Shown here: positions 14,240 to 27,129 of the stretch, in pieces
Layout: every line of letters begins with the position of its first letter
Position numbering within the stretch: position 1 is the stretch's first letter
Origin: Eledone cirrhosa
Taxonomy: Eukaryota
NCBI GenBank assembly: GCA_964016885.1
Contig: OZ024744.1
Location: 55,180,001 to 55,244,000 of the forward strand
Direction: 5' to 3'
Length of the DNA: 64,000 bases
Translations under genes and position numbers: made by a program
Notes under the pieces: model-generated
Database searches by the model: none
What the model was told of the DNA's origin: nothing
The model's input: the letters and a program-made list of their open reading frames with translations, nothing else

Positions 14240-14465
14240 AATTCTATCCTCTTCTAGAGGTATGATTTTTAGCTCCACTCCGCACGCAACCGATCACGAT
14301 GCTCCCGTCTGCTGGCCTTAAAATCTTCGAGCAGACTGAAAGATGTCGATTTCCATCCACGACGATCCACAGCCTGACCCTCCCACGATTTAATAATGTG
14401 CACACCACAACGCGTCATGTCCTTCAGCTTATCTTTCAGCCGGAACAGAGGAGCGACCAACACGC
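14240..14465 (-). mobile_element. RTE (BovB-like) C-terminal fragment
   Basis: ORF: RLKDKLKDM..SWEGQAVDRRGWK. Confidence 0.6.
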
Positions 14466-15330
14466 GTTTCGCATATATAAATATATAGAGATGTGTGTTG
14501 TTTTGTTCTATATATATAATCCTAAGCTAGACACACATTTGTTTTGATAATTCGACAAGTTTATACCTTATAATTTAATACAAATTTTAGAATCTGATTG
14601 CTTTCTTTAATTTAGATTTAAAAAGTATCAAATAATTATTTGTATTATGAAACGTTGAATCTCTCTCCGCCCTCAACACGCTTTAGCAACCGTCATTTAT
14701 TTTTCTAAATTTAAATCAATCGAAAATAACCATCATTAGAAGTATGAAATCAATAATAAGAATTGTAAAGGAAGACATTAAATAAGGAGTGGAATAGCTT
14801 TCACGGTTATTGAAATTATCCCGAAATTAATGTTTTACGGAGGTGCTTTCTCTCCTTTCTTATTTTGTATGTTCCTGGGTCGGTCGCTAAAAGTTAACAA
14901 ATGGAAGAAAATAAATCGTTTTCTCTTTTACCTCATAAATGAGAAGAAATTATAGTAAAATGAAATAGAATATATTTATATACAGAAAATGGTAAATGCG
15001 AATAAAATGTCTTGAAACAACCGTTGAAGTTTGTTGATATCGTTTCCAACCAGTGTTCCTTATAACACCGTGTTTAGTGCCATTGAGGAAAATACGAAGA
15101 ACAGGCAAAAAAAGTGAGAATATTCAACATAAATAATATACAGAAAAGTAGTATTATAGAAAAAGGGTCGGACACCATGCTTTGCGGCATAGAGTTACGG
15201 CCCTTTACGTTCTGAGTCCAAACCCGCAGAGGTTAGTTTTGCATTTCATCCTTACGGGGGTCGATAAAATAAAGTACCAGTAATGCACTGGAGTAATTGC
15301 TGGCCTTGTGCCAAAAGTAGAAACAATTAT

Positions 15331-15908
15331 TATAGAAAAACACCCCACTCGATTTCAGTGGGAAATCGTTATTTTCCTCTTTTTTTTTTATCTCCGAACA
15401 TACTGCAAATGGCTTTTTTTCCCCGAAGTGAGGGGGGGGGGGGCTTTTTGGTGTGTTATATTATTACTGCTATAGTAAACCGTGCTCCACGACATATGTC
15501 GGAAGGGTTAGATTTAAGGGCTAAGGTTGGGTTAAGAGGGTATGTGTTTTGGGGGTGGTCAAATTCGTCGATAACACGAAAAACACCCAGGAAAATAAAT
15601 TCCCGATCAAACGCAATAGCGTAACTCATATGGTCATTCACCCTCCCTTTTCTATAAAGCTAGTCGTTTCCGACTGGTTTGGAGGTCAGATTCGTTGATA
15701 ACACATGCATTTTTTTTTTTTTAATAGTAAATAAAACTTCGGGGTTGTAGGAAAAGGCCAAGGGTTAGTCACCCGCTTTCCCCTCCGTTTCCTGGGGAAA
15801 AGTCAATTGCGGCAGGTTCGAAGGTAAGATTAGTTGATATCGCACGGAAAAAAAAAAGAAAAAATAATCATTTCCCACAGAAATGAGATGGGTGTTTTTT
15901 TTTCTATA
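15331..15908. mobile_element. Non-autonomous TIR element (~45-bp imperfect TIRs) inserted at a SINE tail
   Basis: tatagaaaaacaccccactcgatttcagtgggaaatcgttatttt ... aaaataatcatttcccacagaaatgagatgggtgtttttttttctata. Confidence 0.75.
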
Positions 15909-18900
15909 AATTTACCAGAAAAAGAAAAGTCACGACCAATTTATGTTGGATTATTCAGAAACTGCCTAAATAATAAATATTATTGTAATTAAAATATATT
16001 GATGACATTTTCTCATTTGTAAGTTCAGTGAAACGGTGACCGTAATTAACGTTGCTTCACTTAGGTAATCTTAAATTTAACTACTGAAAATAAATACTCT
16101 ACATAATTATTAAGTACATTTACTATTGCGAACCAACTAGGGAGATTTTATGTGATCGATCACCTGCTAGAAAAAGCAGCAAAAAAATATCTCAAATTAA
16201 CATCATACTCTTAAAAATAAACAAAAAAGGTCATATTAGATAACGTAGTTATATATAAGATACACGAAAAAGAAAGATGTGATGACCATGGCTGGAGTGC
16301 CTTTCATTATTGAGATGACCTGGGACTAAAGAACTACACTAATGAGTAACATATTTCTTTATTTAACGAGGTACATAATAACAATAATTATTATTTTTAT
16401 TATAAGAAATAACAATAAAAAGAAATAATTATTATCATTATTTTGATTCCGTTTCATTTTCCGCTATAAAACAATTTGATACATAAACTTCGTCTGGACC
16501 AGTTTTTAAATTATTATTTAATTACGAAATATGATAGCAAGTATTATATGTTGATACATTTGCTGTATCTAGGCCTGTTTTTAAACTTATTTTGTAAATA
16601 TAAAACATGCCAGCATATATTTAAGCTCAATCACCACAGACGTTAGTTAAATCATCCATAATGGTCCGACAGTGGGAAAGACATTAGAAACTTCAAATCT
16701 GCCCATGTCCCCTCCTCTTGTACAACAGCTGACAGAACAACAATCATGGCTGCTTTCTTATACATGATAAATAATGCTTTTGATACAAAACCATCTAAAA
16801 TCGCCCACGATTCTATAACAAAAAAAAAGCTATTTATTTTAAAGTGTTTATGTATAACTAAAAACCTCCCATCATAATTTCACGTAAAAATCTTTGCAAA
16901 CACCAACTTAATAACTCAACGTCATTGCCAGTATTTCTAATTATAAATATGGTGACAAATGGATAGCCTGAAGTAGAAGACTTTATTTTGTTTGATTTTT
17001 AGTCTCTACCATAATTTTCAAAATTAAACCGCGCCATCTTTCGAGTCGTCCTTAATCCATATCCAAATAAAAACATTTTATACACAATGCACAGCATGGT
17101 CGACATTTCCACGCCCACCAATCTCGCCACCTCCACCATATTTACTTACACTACTCATTTTCAAAACAAATTTTCATCTCACGCTCCATTTCCTATATAA
17201 TGTATTATTTGTAAGCCTTCTACTCGAGTAAAATGATTTTCCTTCTAGCAAATTGAGCAACATGTTTCATTCGTGTGGTGTGCATCTGAAAATAAAAATA
17301 ATAAATAAAATAATGATCTCTTTCCGGAGTAAAGCATGTAACAAAAATGAAATCACGTGCTACATATTCCTCAATGTTTGCAATCATTCTGCTAGAAAGT
17401 AATCTGATAAACCTATGCGTTTTTGTTATATATAATGGCTGCCCCCTCGTTATCGAGTATGGCCATTGCACGATATACTAATATACTATTATTAATTAAT
17501 TCTATCGTGCGTGAAGATATTTTTTAAAGTGAGGAAAGACTGTGCACTGAGCCAATCCCACTCTTTGAGCGACAGTAGCTATTACCAGAAAAAAAGAAAA
17601 GATCAGCATCATTGGTAACTACTGAGCCGCAGGTTTTATATCGGAGTTATCCCAGTTTCCTGAGTTGCCTACTCTTAGAAGAATGCCCTGACAGAGGTTA
17701 GGGGTCCTTCACTCCCAGTGGTTTAACCGCGCGGTACATGTATATATACATATTTACACACTTTCGGATGGCCGTTGACTTCCACCCTTTGTCAGGTTTT
17801 GTTTTTTGTCCTGCAGAGTGTCCAAAATCACCCTCCTCACCAAGTAAACTTGGGGTTGCCGGTTTAGTCGCCGACGACCCGACCATGCGACAGGTTGTAC
17901 TGGGTTACATGTTACCAGTAGCACTCAAGAGTGACCCGACACACATATATATATATATAGAGAGAGAGAATGATTAAGTATCGAGAGAGAGAAGACAATG
18001 GAAAGATGGGCGATACATATAGTTAGTTGCCAATAGTTTATGCATGTGTGCTCAATACTTGTGCCTACAGGGTTAAATATTAGAGGGGTCAATATTTAGT
18101 GGGCGAGAAAAAATAAGCAGAGCGATTATTAAGGAAATGAATACAAAGAGTTTAAAACCGTTAGAACATGTTTATATATATATATATATATTGTTATATT
18201 TGGAGAGGGTCATAGTGTTATAATATTGCCAGAAATAATAATAAAACACACTCACTGTTTGTTTTGGATTGGTTTTCGCTTCTGTATATTTTATATCTCC
18301 ATCATAGTTAATTTAGCTGATTGACCAACGGTTAAAATATAGTCTATCATATCCCCAAATATAACAATATTTGTTTCAACACACGATTTCATATAAAAAC
18401 CTTTCAAAACAAATTCATCGCCGTATATATATATAATTGTTTCTACAATAGGCACAAGGCCAGCAATTATCTCAGTGTATTACTGGTACTTCATTTCATC
18501 GACCCCCGTTAGGATGAAAGGCAAAGTTAACCTTGACTCTGCCTTTCATCCTAACGGGGTCGATAAGACCTATTGGCAAGGATAGCATTTGCTACGGGCA
18601 TGCTAAGTTCTTTATATTGTCTATACTGCCTTTAACCTTTCTGTTATATTTTGTTTTTGTTTAGGGCCCCTTTGCAGTATATGGCACAGGCCCCATACTA
18701 ACTTAATCTGGCATACTCTGGAAAGATGAAAGGCAAAACTGATCTCAGTGAGATTTGAACGCGTAGGTTTAAGAGCTGGAACAAAAACTGTAAAGCATTC
18801 TTTCGATGTTCTAACGATTTAATCCCGTCAATATCTCTTCAAATACACTGTCAAAAATTACATATTCTTTATTATAATTGAATAATTTTGTTGTGTGCTC

Positions 18901-20069
18901 TCGTGTATATTGTATTAAAACTTTTTTTAACATTGAAAACAATGAAAATATCCTCCACGTTACTTTTGATTTAACGACCGCACCTTTCTCCCTATTAGAC
19001 CGCCAAACCGAGGTTTTACTGTATAATGATTTAAACACACGTTTTACATGTGGACATAGTGATAATTTTTTAATCATATTATCAACCTAATGTTCCAGCA
19101 ATCTGTGATGTGACCGTAACCATTTCTGCGCTTTTCCTGTCTCTTTCTTTAAAGGGAGGAAATTTTATTCACAGTTGTATAAAAATACAATGCTTACAGA
19201 ACGAAAGCACAAGCAAATATAATATAAAGGAAAGGGAGAGGGGGAAAAAAAAAGAGAAAAGAAAAAAAAAACAAGCGGGTAACACACACATCTGGGACCA
19301 CATACAACAAAAGGCAGGCATAAGGGGTGGATAACCGAGCTGCTACCAGAGTAAAAGATAACAGTATTGTGAGGAGCACTGAGAAAGCTCTCTAATCTTT
19401 TTTTGAGGCAAGCCAGCACGCACGCAGCGTTACCTTGGGTGATGGTGAGGCTGAGCCGCTGGAACAACCAAGCGCCCTCACGAGCTTCACCAGTTGCCTC
19501 ATTTAGTCAAGCTGCCTGTGAAGATAGGAATCTCGTAGTCAATAACCCAACTCCCTCAAACGTCTTGAACGCCACAGGCAGGAAAATGTAGTTGGCCGAC
19601 AGATCACAGCATTTTAGCATTTTGTTCTGTTTGCTTTCTACCAACGGATACTTTGCAATGTCAAAACAGTATACGTTTGTAGTACTCTGTAGATATTGCA
19701 TCATGCCTATGTGTGCATATATAGATGGAGGCACATGGCTTCGTGGTTAGAGCATTGGTGTAGGCGCCATGGAAAAAAAGCACCCAGCACTCACTGTAAA
19801 TGAGGTTGGTGTTAGGAAGAGCATCCAGCTGTAGAAATCAAGCCAAAATCAGTTCCCGTCCCACCCTTGCAAGCAGGGAAAAAGCAGACGTAAAATGAAA
19901 TGATGATGATGAAATGATACATATATTTATATGTGTGTAGAGAGAGAGTGATGTATGTACTATACTTATTAACGTCATCCCTTTTTTTCATGATGTTAGA
20001 CATGGGTTAGACAGGACATGATAGACCAGTCAATACCTAATGTTCCAGGCAATACATATATATATATAT

Positions 20070-21900
20070 GAAGACAGGCAAGACAGCTGGGCCTTCAGAG
20101 ATCAACATCATCATCATCGTTTAACGTCTAATGGTGTGACATACTATGGTCACTGGATAGTAAACCAAGTAATACAGAATGGGGTCATACCAAATGACTG
20201 ACATAGCAGCATCATTGTCAACTGTTACAAGGGCAAACGAGACGCCCTAGGTAGAGGAAACTATAGAGGTATTAAGTTAGTTGACCAGGTCATGAAGGTC
20301 ACAGAAAGAGTTATTACACAACTAATTAGAGACCGAATTGATCTAGATGAAATGCAGTTTGGGTTTGTGCCAGGTAAAAGTACCACAGATGATCTTTTCC
20401 TTGTACAGCAACTACAGGAGAAGTACCTAGCTAAAAGTAAACCCCTCTACTTGGCTTTTGTTGGCTTGGAGAAATCCTTTGACAAAGTCCCCTGCTCCAT
20501 TATCTGGTGGGCTCTTAGAAAACTAGGAGTAAATGAGTGGCTTGTGAGAGCTGTACAAGCCATGTATAGAGGAACAGCCAGCAAGGTTAGAATTAACAAT
20601 GAATATAGTGAAGAAATTAGCATAAAAGTAGGTGTTCACCAAGTCTCCGTCCTTAGCTCCCTCCTATTTGTTATTGTCCTACAGGCGATAACAGAAGGGT
20701 TTAAGACTGGCTGCCCATAGAAGTCTATATGCAGATGATCTAACTCTCATAGCTGAATCTATGGCTGAACTAGAGAAGAAATTCCAAACATAGAAGCTTG
20801 GCCTAAAATCAAAATGCCTTAAAGTTAACCTAAGTCTAAAGTTCTAGTAAATAGAAAGGATAATAGGGCACAGGTGCCCTCTGGAAATGGCCATGCTCAG
20901 TGTGTAAGAAGGAAGTAAGTAAAAATTCCATTCTATGCCCCAAATGCAAACTATGGGTACATAAAAGGTTTAGTGGGATCACAGGTAAGCTTTCTAAGAA
21001 TGTAGATTTTATATGTGGCTGATGCTCAGGTGCAGTAAATAGCAAGTGTCCACTGGTTACTATCTCCTTCAACAGATGATTCTATAGAAATAGTAGACAC
21101 TTTCTGTTACCTGAGTGATAAAATCAGCTGTGGAGGAGGGTGTTCTGAATGTACAGTATCCATAGTTAGAATGGGATGGAAAAAGTTCAGAGAGCTGTTG
21201 GCTACAAAGGGTTTTTCTCTAAAAACGAAAGGCAGATTGTATGATGCTTGTATACGAATGGGAATATTACATGGTAGTGAGACCTGGGTGTTGTGTGCAG
21301 AAGACTTGCGTAGATTAGAAAGAAATGAAGCTTGCAAGCTCCAATGGATGTGTAATAGTAATGTACGCGAACAGCAAAGTATAAACGAATTGAGAGAGAG
21401 ACTAAGCATAAGAGGTATCAAATGTTGTATGCTGGAGAGTAAATATGGTTGGTGTTAGGAAGGGCATCCAGCTGTAGAAAACCAGCCAGAAACAGTTCTG
21501 TACGAGTGAGACACGGTCTCCTGACTAATCTCACCTCAAGTGGGACAAAACTGTCTAACCCATGCTAGCATGGAAGATGGATGTTAAATGATGATGATGA
21601 TGATATATATAATATGGTTGACCAGGCCTTCAGGTCACAGAAAGAGTGATAGCACAGGTGATTAGGGACCAAATTAACCTAGATGAGATACAGTTTGGAT
21701 TTGTGCCAGGTAAAAGTGCCATTGATCCCCTAGTCATTGTGAGGCAGCTGGAGGAGAAGTACTTAGCTAAAAGTAAACCCTTCTACTTGGCATTTGAACC
21801 CTGGTGGGTTCTTAGAAAAGTATGAATAGACAAGAGGCTTTTGAGGGCAGTACAAACCATGTATAGAAGAACAATCAGTAAGGATAGAATTAACAATGAT
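20070..21900 (+). mobile_element. RTE RT + PHD-like insert + C-terminus, tail at ~21446-21603, then a second RT fragment
   Basis: ORF 20292-20720 (QFGFVPGKSTTD..LQEKYLAK..GVHQ), YADD at ~20727, ORF 21171-21458 (GRLYDAC..HGSETW). Confidence 0.9.
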
Positions 21901-21986
21901 TTAGTCAGCCTATGAACGTTCCAGACTACCCATTCCTGTAAATAGAACATAGAATTGTAAAGAAAAAAAAAAGAGAGAACACAATA

Positions 21987-22162
21987 CAGTGAAATTCCGT
22001 TATAACGAAATTCACGGGGCATTAAAAAAAATTCATTGTAACAAAAACTTCTTTATAACTAGAATGACCTAACACATCAAGTGTGTTGCTGGGGATTGAA
22101 AAAAATGTTGTTATACTGAAAAATTCATTATAATGGTATTCGTTTTAACAGAATTTTATCTG
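21987..22162. mobile_element. pogo/Tigger-like MITE
   Basis: TA + cagtgaaattccgttataacgaa ... ttcgttttaacagaattttatctg, with internal ttc.ttataac repeats. Confidence 0.7.
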
Positions 22163-22334
22163 TGTATATAAGATGAGAAAAAATTAGAAATGGCATGTTG
22201 ATGTACTAGTGTCATTGCCTGTATACACACACCTGTCTCTGACTATTTCTTAGCAAAGATTTGGGTTCCTAAACTCTCCAAACATTTCTTTTTAGAAATT
22301 GTAATTTTTCAATCCCCCTCCTGCATCTACATTT

Positions 22335-22940
22335 TGACTCCAACCACAATCCCCTAACTTTAATCCTAACCTCAACTCTAATTCTAACTCTAAAATGTTA
22401 CTTAATTGTCATACTAACCTTCACCCTAACTCAAGCTAATCTTTACCTTCAACTTAACATTAACCTTAAACCTAACCTTAACCCCAACCTAACCCTAACC
22501 CTAAACTTAACCCTAAACCTAAACTTAACCCTAAACCTAACATTAAACCTAAAGCTAACCCTAACCCTAACCTTAAACCTATCCCTAAACCTAACCCTAA
22601 CCCAAACCCTAACCTTAAACCTAAACCTATCCGTAAACCTAACCCCAACCCTAAACCTAACCCTAAACCTAAAACTAACCCTAACCCTAACCTTTATTCT
22701 CCCCTTCACCCTTAACTTCACCCTAACTTTTACTCTCAATTTCTACCTAACCCCAACTCCAACCCTCTCCCTAACCCTTACCCCAACTATTACTCTCACT
22801 GTAACTCTAAACCTAAGCTTAAGCCTCACCTTAACCCTAATTCCAACCCCAACTCTCACCCTAACCCAAACCCTAATCCCCACCCTAGCCCTAACCCTAA
22901 ACTTATCTGACTTTTCCCTAACTCTAAACTTAAACCTAAT
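22335..22940 (-). repeat. Degenerate interstitial telomere-like repeat, (TTAGGG/TTAGGT)n on the minus strand
   Basis: Hexamer-periodic ccctaa/acctaa array. Confidence 0.9.
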
Positions 22941-23059
22941 TGTAACATTAATTGAAATGAGGAATCTGATGAAATGTTTTGGAAAAAATAGTTATGGAGG
23001 AGTGGTGGTTTGGGATACTAAACTTGGTCCCTTTCTTCACGACTTTACTGTTTCAATTT

Positions 23060-23640
23060 GAAATACTGTATTCGTTCCAATGGCCTTAGATGCCATGTTA
23101 CACCCTGTCATCCCTGAGTCTTAGTCCTGACTAGCGCTGCTGAAGTTGGTACATTCTACAAATTTGGTAGTATTTGCCCTTAATTTTACTTTTCTGTACA
23201 TTTGGTACCATCTATCTATCTAGGGCGGGTAAAATTCCCAAGATCCATGGACGAGTTCTTTCCAGCGGTCTCTGTCCCTCATCATTGCTGCCATGTCCTG
23301 CATCTCCAAGAGACCAGTGTCTGTCCTTAGGGCATCAACATATGTCTATCTCGGTCTCCCTCTTCCAGTGTGTCCATGCAGGGGCTCCCACAGGAGCACT
23401 GAGTGCAGTGTCAACTCTGGATGTCGGTGACCATGTCCAGCTAACCTCAGTCTCCTCTGTGCTACTCTCGAGCTGACTTTACAGCTCTGAGTTCATCATC
23501 CTCAGTGTATACTGATTAATGTTCAGAACCATCCTCAGCATTCTCTTGTAGCACCCATCCACCATCTGAGTGAGTTTCTTGGAACCATGTCCAGATTTTT
23601 TGTGAATATAGAATGGCATCCACAACTGCAACTTTGTCTC
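23060..23640 (-). mobile_element. RTE-like LINE C-terminal remnant
   Basis: ORF: KKLTQMVDGCYKRMLRMVLNI. Confidence 0.6.
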
Positions 23641-24554
23641 AAAGTACAAAAAAAGTGTGGAAAAAGACATTTCTTTTTAATTAAAATATATAAAGTAAAT
23701 ATAAAAGATTTTTTTTTTAACATATTGATATAATTGGATTTGGTATGTTTTTGTATATTTTTGTACTTTTTAAACAAAGCTTTTGGGACGATAGGAAAAA
23801 AAGTTTCAGCAGCCCTGGTCCTGATGGATAACATATATACCTGGGACCATTTAAGGGAAAGTTGACTCATCTTTTTATTGTTGTTTAATCCCTTGCTATC
23901 TGTGTCAAGTTTAGAGAAGATGCACTGTATCCTTGTGTGTCATTAGGAACAATTAAAAGTGTTGATGCCAGGAAGGGAATGAGGTTGTAAAACATTGTTC
24001 TATAATAGTTATGAAGCCTACAATGGGGCTCCCAGATGAAACTTCTGGTTTAGCAGCGAAAATGGCTTTAAAATGATAGGTGTATTGTCAAATTCTGGGT
24101 CAGGCAAAAGCAAATTGGCTGAGTTGTAACATTGAATAGAATATTTAACTCACTGTATTCTGAGTTCAAATCCTACCATGGCCAACTTTGTCTGTCATCC
24201 TTTTGAAGTTGATAAAATAAAGTGCTTGTCTAACAGCTTCAAACAAAATGTGTCATGGTATCTGTTCAGGCACTTTGCATTCTGAGTCTAAATTACACCT
24301 AGGGATTCAAGTCCTATGAATAGCCAGGGCTAATTACCTGACCACAACTGATTGTGAAAGCTGTAATGGGAGGAGGAGGATTTTGGCTGTCTGTTATTGT
24401 AGTCAAGCAATGATCTCCCGACTAGGTAGATCTTGGAAGACAACCAAAGGCATTCAAGCCATGACTTCCTGGTTCACCTATTGAGCATTGTAAATCTAGA
24501 ACTATCTTACATAATATGCTCTTCCCTTTTCAATACCTAAGTCTAAAGTCTCTC

Positions 24555-24832
24555 TTAAGCCAGAAAGCTCGTTAGGTTGGTGCTTATTCCAGTTTCATGG
24601 CATGAAGTGACTGAGAGTATAATACTCCCCGCTGGACAGGACACCAGTCCATCACAGGGTTAAACCCTCAGCTATAGCTATAGCTGGTACTCATTTTCAG
24701 CTGAGTATACTGGAGCAATGTGAAATGAAGTGTTTTGCTCAAGAACACAACACGCAACCCAGCCCAGGAATCAAACCCACAACATTATGATCATAAGTCC
24801 AACACCCTTACCACTAGGCCACGTGCCTCCAC
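24555..24832 (-). mobile_element. tRNA-headed SINE with V-like domain; further copies at ~41385-41620, 2280-2575, 44050-44175
   Basis: Minus strand reads ggaggcacgtggcctagtgg..ggtttgattcc..cttgagcaa..gatggactggtgtcctgtccag. Confidence 0.75.
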
Positions 24833-25057
24833 AATATGGTATTTGAGAGATATTTCCATCAGTTTCAGCAACCACATGGAAACTACTTCATTGTCTTATT
24901 TCATTAACCCTTTTGATACCAAATCCCTGAAACGACCCTAGATTTATCATACAAAACTGCTCATTTTAAAATGTTTATCCTTATATTAAAACCTCTTAAT
25001 ATAATTTTATTGTAGAAATGTTTCTTAAGTAGTGTTCCCAATATCAGTTTACTAATG

Positions 25058-25160
25058 ACCCCCCCCCCCCCTCCTCCTCCTCCTCCTCCTTCTTCTTCTT
25101 CTTCTTCTTCTTCTTCTTCTTCTTCTTCTTCTTCTTCTTCTTCTTCTTCTTCTTCTTCGC
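25058..25160. repeat. poly-C/(CCT)n/(TTC)n microsatellite
   Basis: Read directly from the sequence. Confidence 0.95.
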
Positions 25161-25339
25161 TCACTTGAGAGGGTCATGGGGACAGAGTCCTCAAACACTC
25201 TTCCGTCCATACAGGAGAGTGGCATCACAGGCCATCTGGTTGATGAAAACTTAGACATGCAGTATAAGATGATTATTTAAAAAGACTTTTACTTCTGAGC
25301 TTTTCATAAGATAATGAGACCTGTCTGTATTCGTTTGGA

Positions 25340-25935
25340 AATGTTTCTGCTGAGGTATCTGAATTGAGAGCGAATGCCTAGTTGTTTTAAAGAGAAAGTG
25401 GTGAAGGGGTAATGTGGCAGAGCATGCTATAAATTGATGACCTCAGTTTTCTAGATGTTAACTGTCAAGCCTATTCTTTCATAATCTGTTATAGCTGCCA
25501 AGATGATGGCCCAAAAGGGTTTGGAGTTTGAACTACCAGAGTATAGCCATTGACATACTGTAATTTAATAATCTGTTTAAATCTGATTCATGTAGTGACC
25601 TGAAGCCTTCTGATGTTTAAAATGTTCTTATCAAACCAGAAGTTAATAGTGACTCCAGCATCCCCTTTCCATCCTTCTACATAACATATATTAAAGTACA
25701 GTATACAATATACAGCCTTACCTAATTTCATTTTTACACTAAAGGGTTCAGATGTCTGCCCTCCAACAGCAGCTCGAGTCATTATACATGACTGGTACTG
25801 ACATAGGAGATCTTCAAATTTGGGTGGGTAACCAAACTTTCTGAGAACATTTCATAGAAATTCCCTGTTTACAGTGTCAAAAGCATGTTTTCATGTTGCT
25901 TCTTGTATTTTTCTTGAAGCAACCTTACAACCCAA
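25340..25935 (-). mobile_element. RTE RT remnant (BovB-like)
   Basis: VRLLQEK, NVLRKFGYPPKF, SEPFSV, GVTINFWFDKNILNIRRLQ. Confidence 0.7.
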
Positions 25936-26003
25936 TTTACTATTGTAGCAAATAGATTTGTCTCCCTTCTTTTTATAAATGGTGATGATTTAACATGGAT
26001 GGG

Positions 26004-26245
26004 TGAGATACTCCTGATAGCAAGTCTCTGTGATGTAGTAATGAGGTACTCTTGAGGTATATACTCCTGGTTCCATGTCTTTGTGATGTAGTAATGAGGT
26101 TCTGTTGATATACACATTCTTGGTTCCAAGTCTCAGTTTAGGTCATTACTACATCACAGAAACTTACAACCAGGAATATATACCTCTTGAGACACATATT
26201 TCTGGTTGCAAGTCACTGTGATGTAGTAATGAGGTGTTGTTGTGT
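26004..26245. repeat. ~53-bp repeat with direct and inverted units
   Basis: tgtgatgtagtaatgagg occurs three times directly; tcattactacatcacaga occurs once inverted at ~26143-26160. Confidence 0.85.
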
Positions 26246-27129
26246 AAATGTAATCAACACTCTTCAAAATACCAGTTGGAATGTTGTCCAGCCCAGATTT
26301 CCTGCATGTTTTGATGACAGCTTGTCAAAGTGGTGGATGATGAGCATTTTACAAAATTCCTCCCTGTTTAATGAATGAACTGGTTTAGAAGCTGGCTGAA
26401 AAAAACACAAACAAACCTGTAATTTATTATACTGTAGGTTTATTATATTTAAAATATATTTCAATATGGACCACAAACGAAGGTTACAAAAATGAAAAGA
26501 AATTATTCAAGTGTTCAAAAAGTTAATGATTTTTTGTTAAAATTTCACCTTTTGTTAAAATTTCACCTTTTGTTAAAATTTCACCCTTGTAGCAAGCAAT
26601 GGCACTATCATATCATATGATTGGGTCATACTTTGTCACTCGCCAGCCCTTAGGCTTGGTGGTGTATGAATACCAAAATGTCGACTTCCGCCCTGCAATT
26701 GCTTTGCACCTTTCTTTTCACTTCTAAACAGTTGCAGCTTCATTTTCGTAGGGACAAGATGTTACTAATGGAGTTCCCTGCAGAAACTGGCGAGATGAAA
26801 CATTTACCAAGGAACATTGGCCCTCTCGGCAAAAGCCCAACAACATCCTACCTAGATATATGCCATACTGGTGCCTAACATTCTATTGTAATATTTTATG
26901 GAGAAAATAAACCTTTTTTTAATTTTATATTTCCTCGCTGTGCTTACCTATTTGATCCTTTCCTCACAAATAAAAACTAAACATGCAACCTTATAACCTC
27001 ATCTTCATTAAGGATCCTTCTCACAACCAAAAAAATCATATTCTAAAGATATTTCTGCTAAACCCTCATTATCAGAATATTACAGTACGTTTTTATTGAT
27101 ACTATTTGGGCCCCTTGTTCTTTGCTCTT

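Noticed and set aside
22449-22739. Arg/Val-rich ORF
   Set aside because: It is the translation of the telomere-like hexamer repeat.
24961-25258. poly-Glu / poly-Arg ORFs
   Set aside because: They are translations of the (TTC)n/(CCT)n microsatellite.
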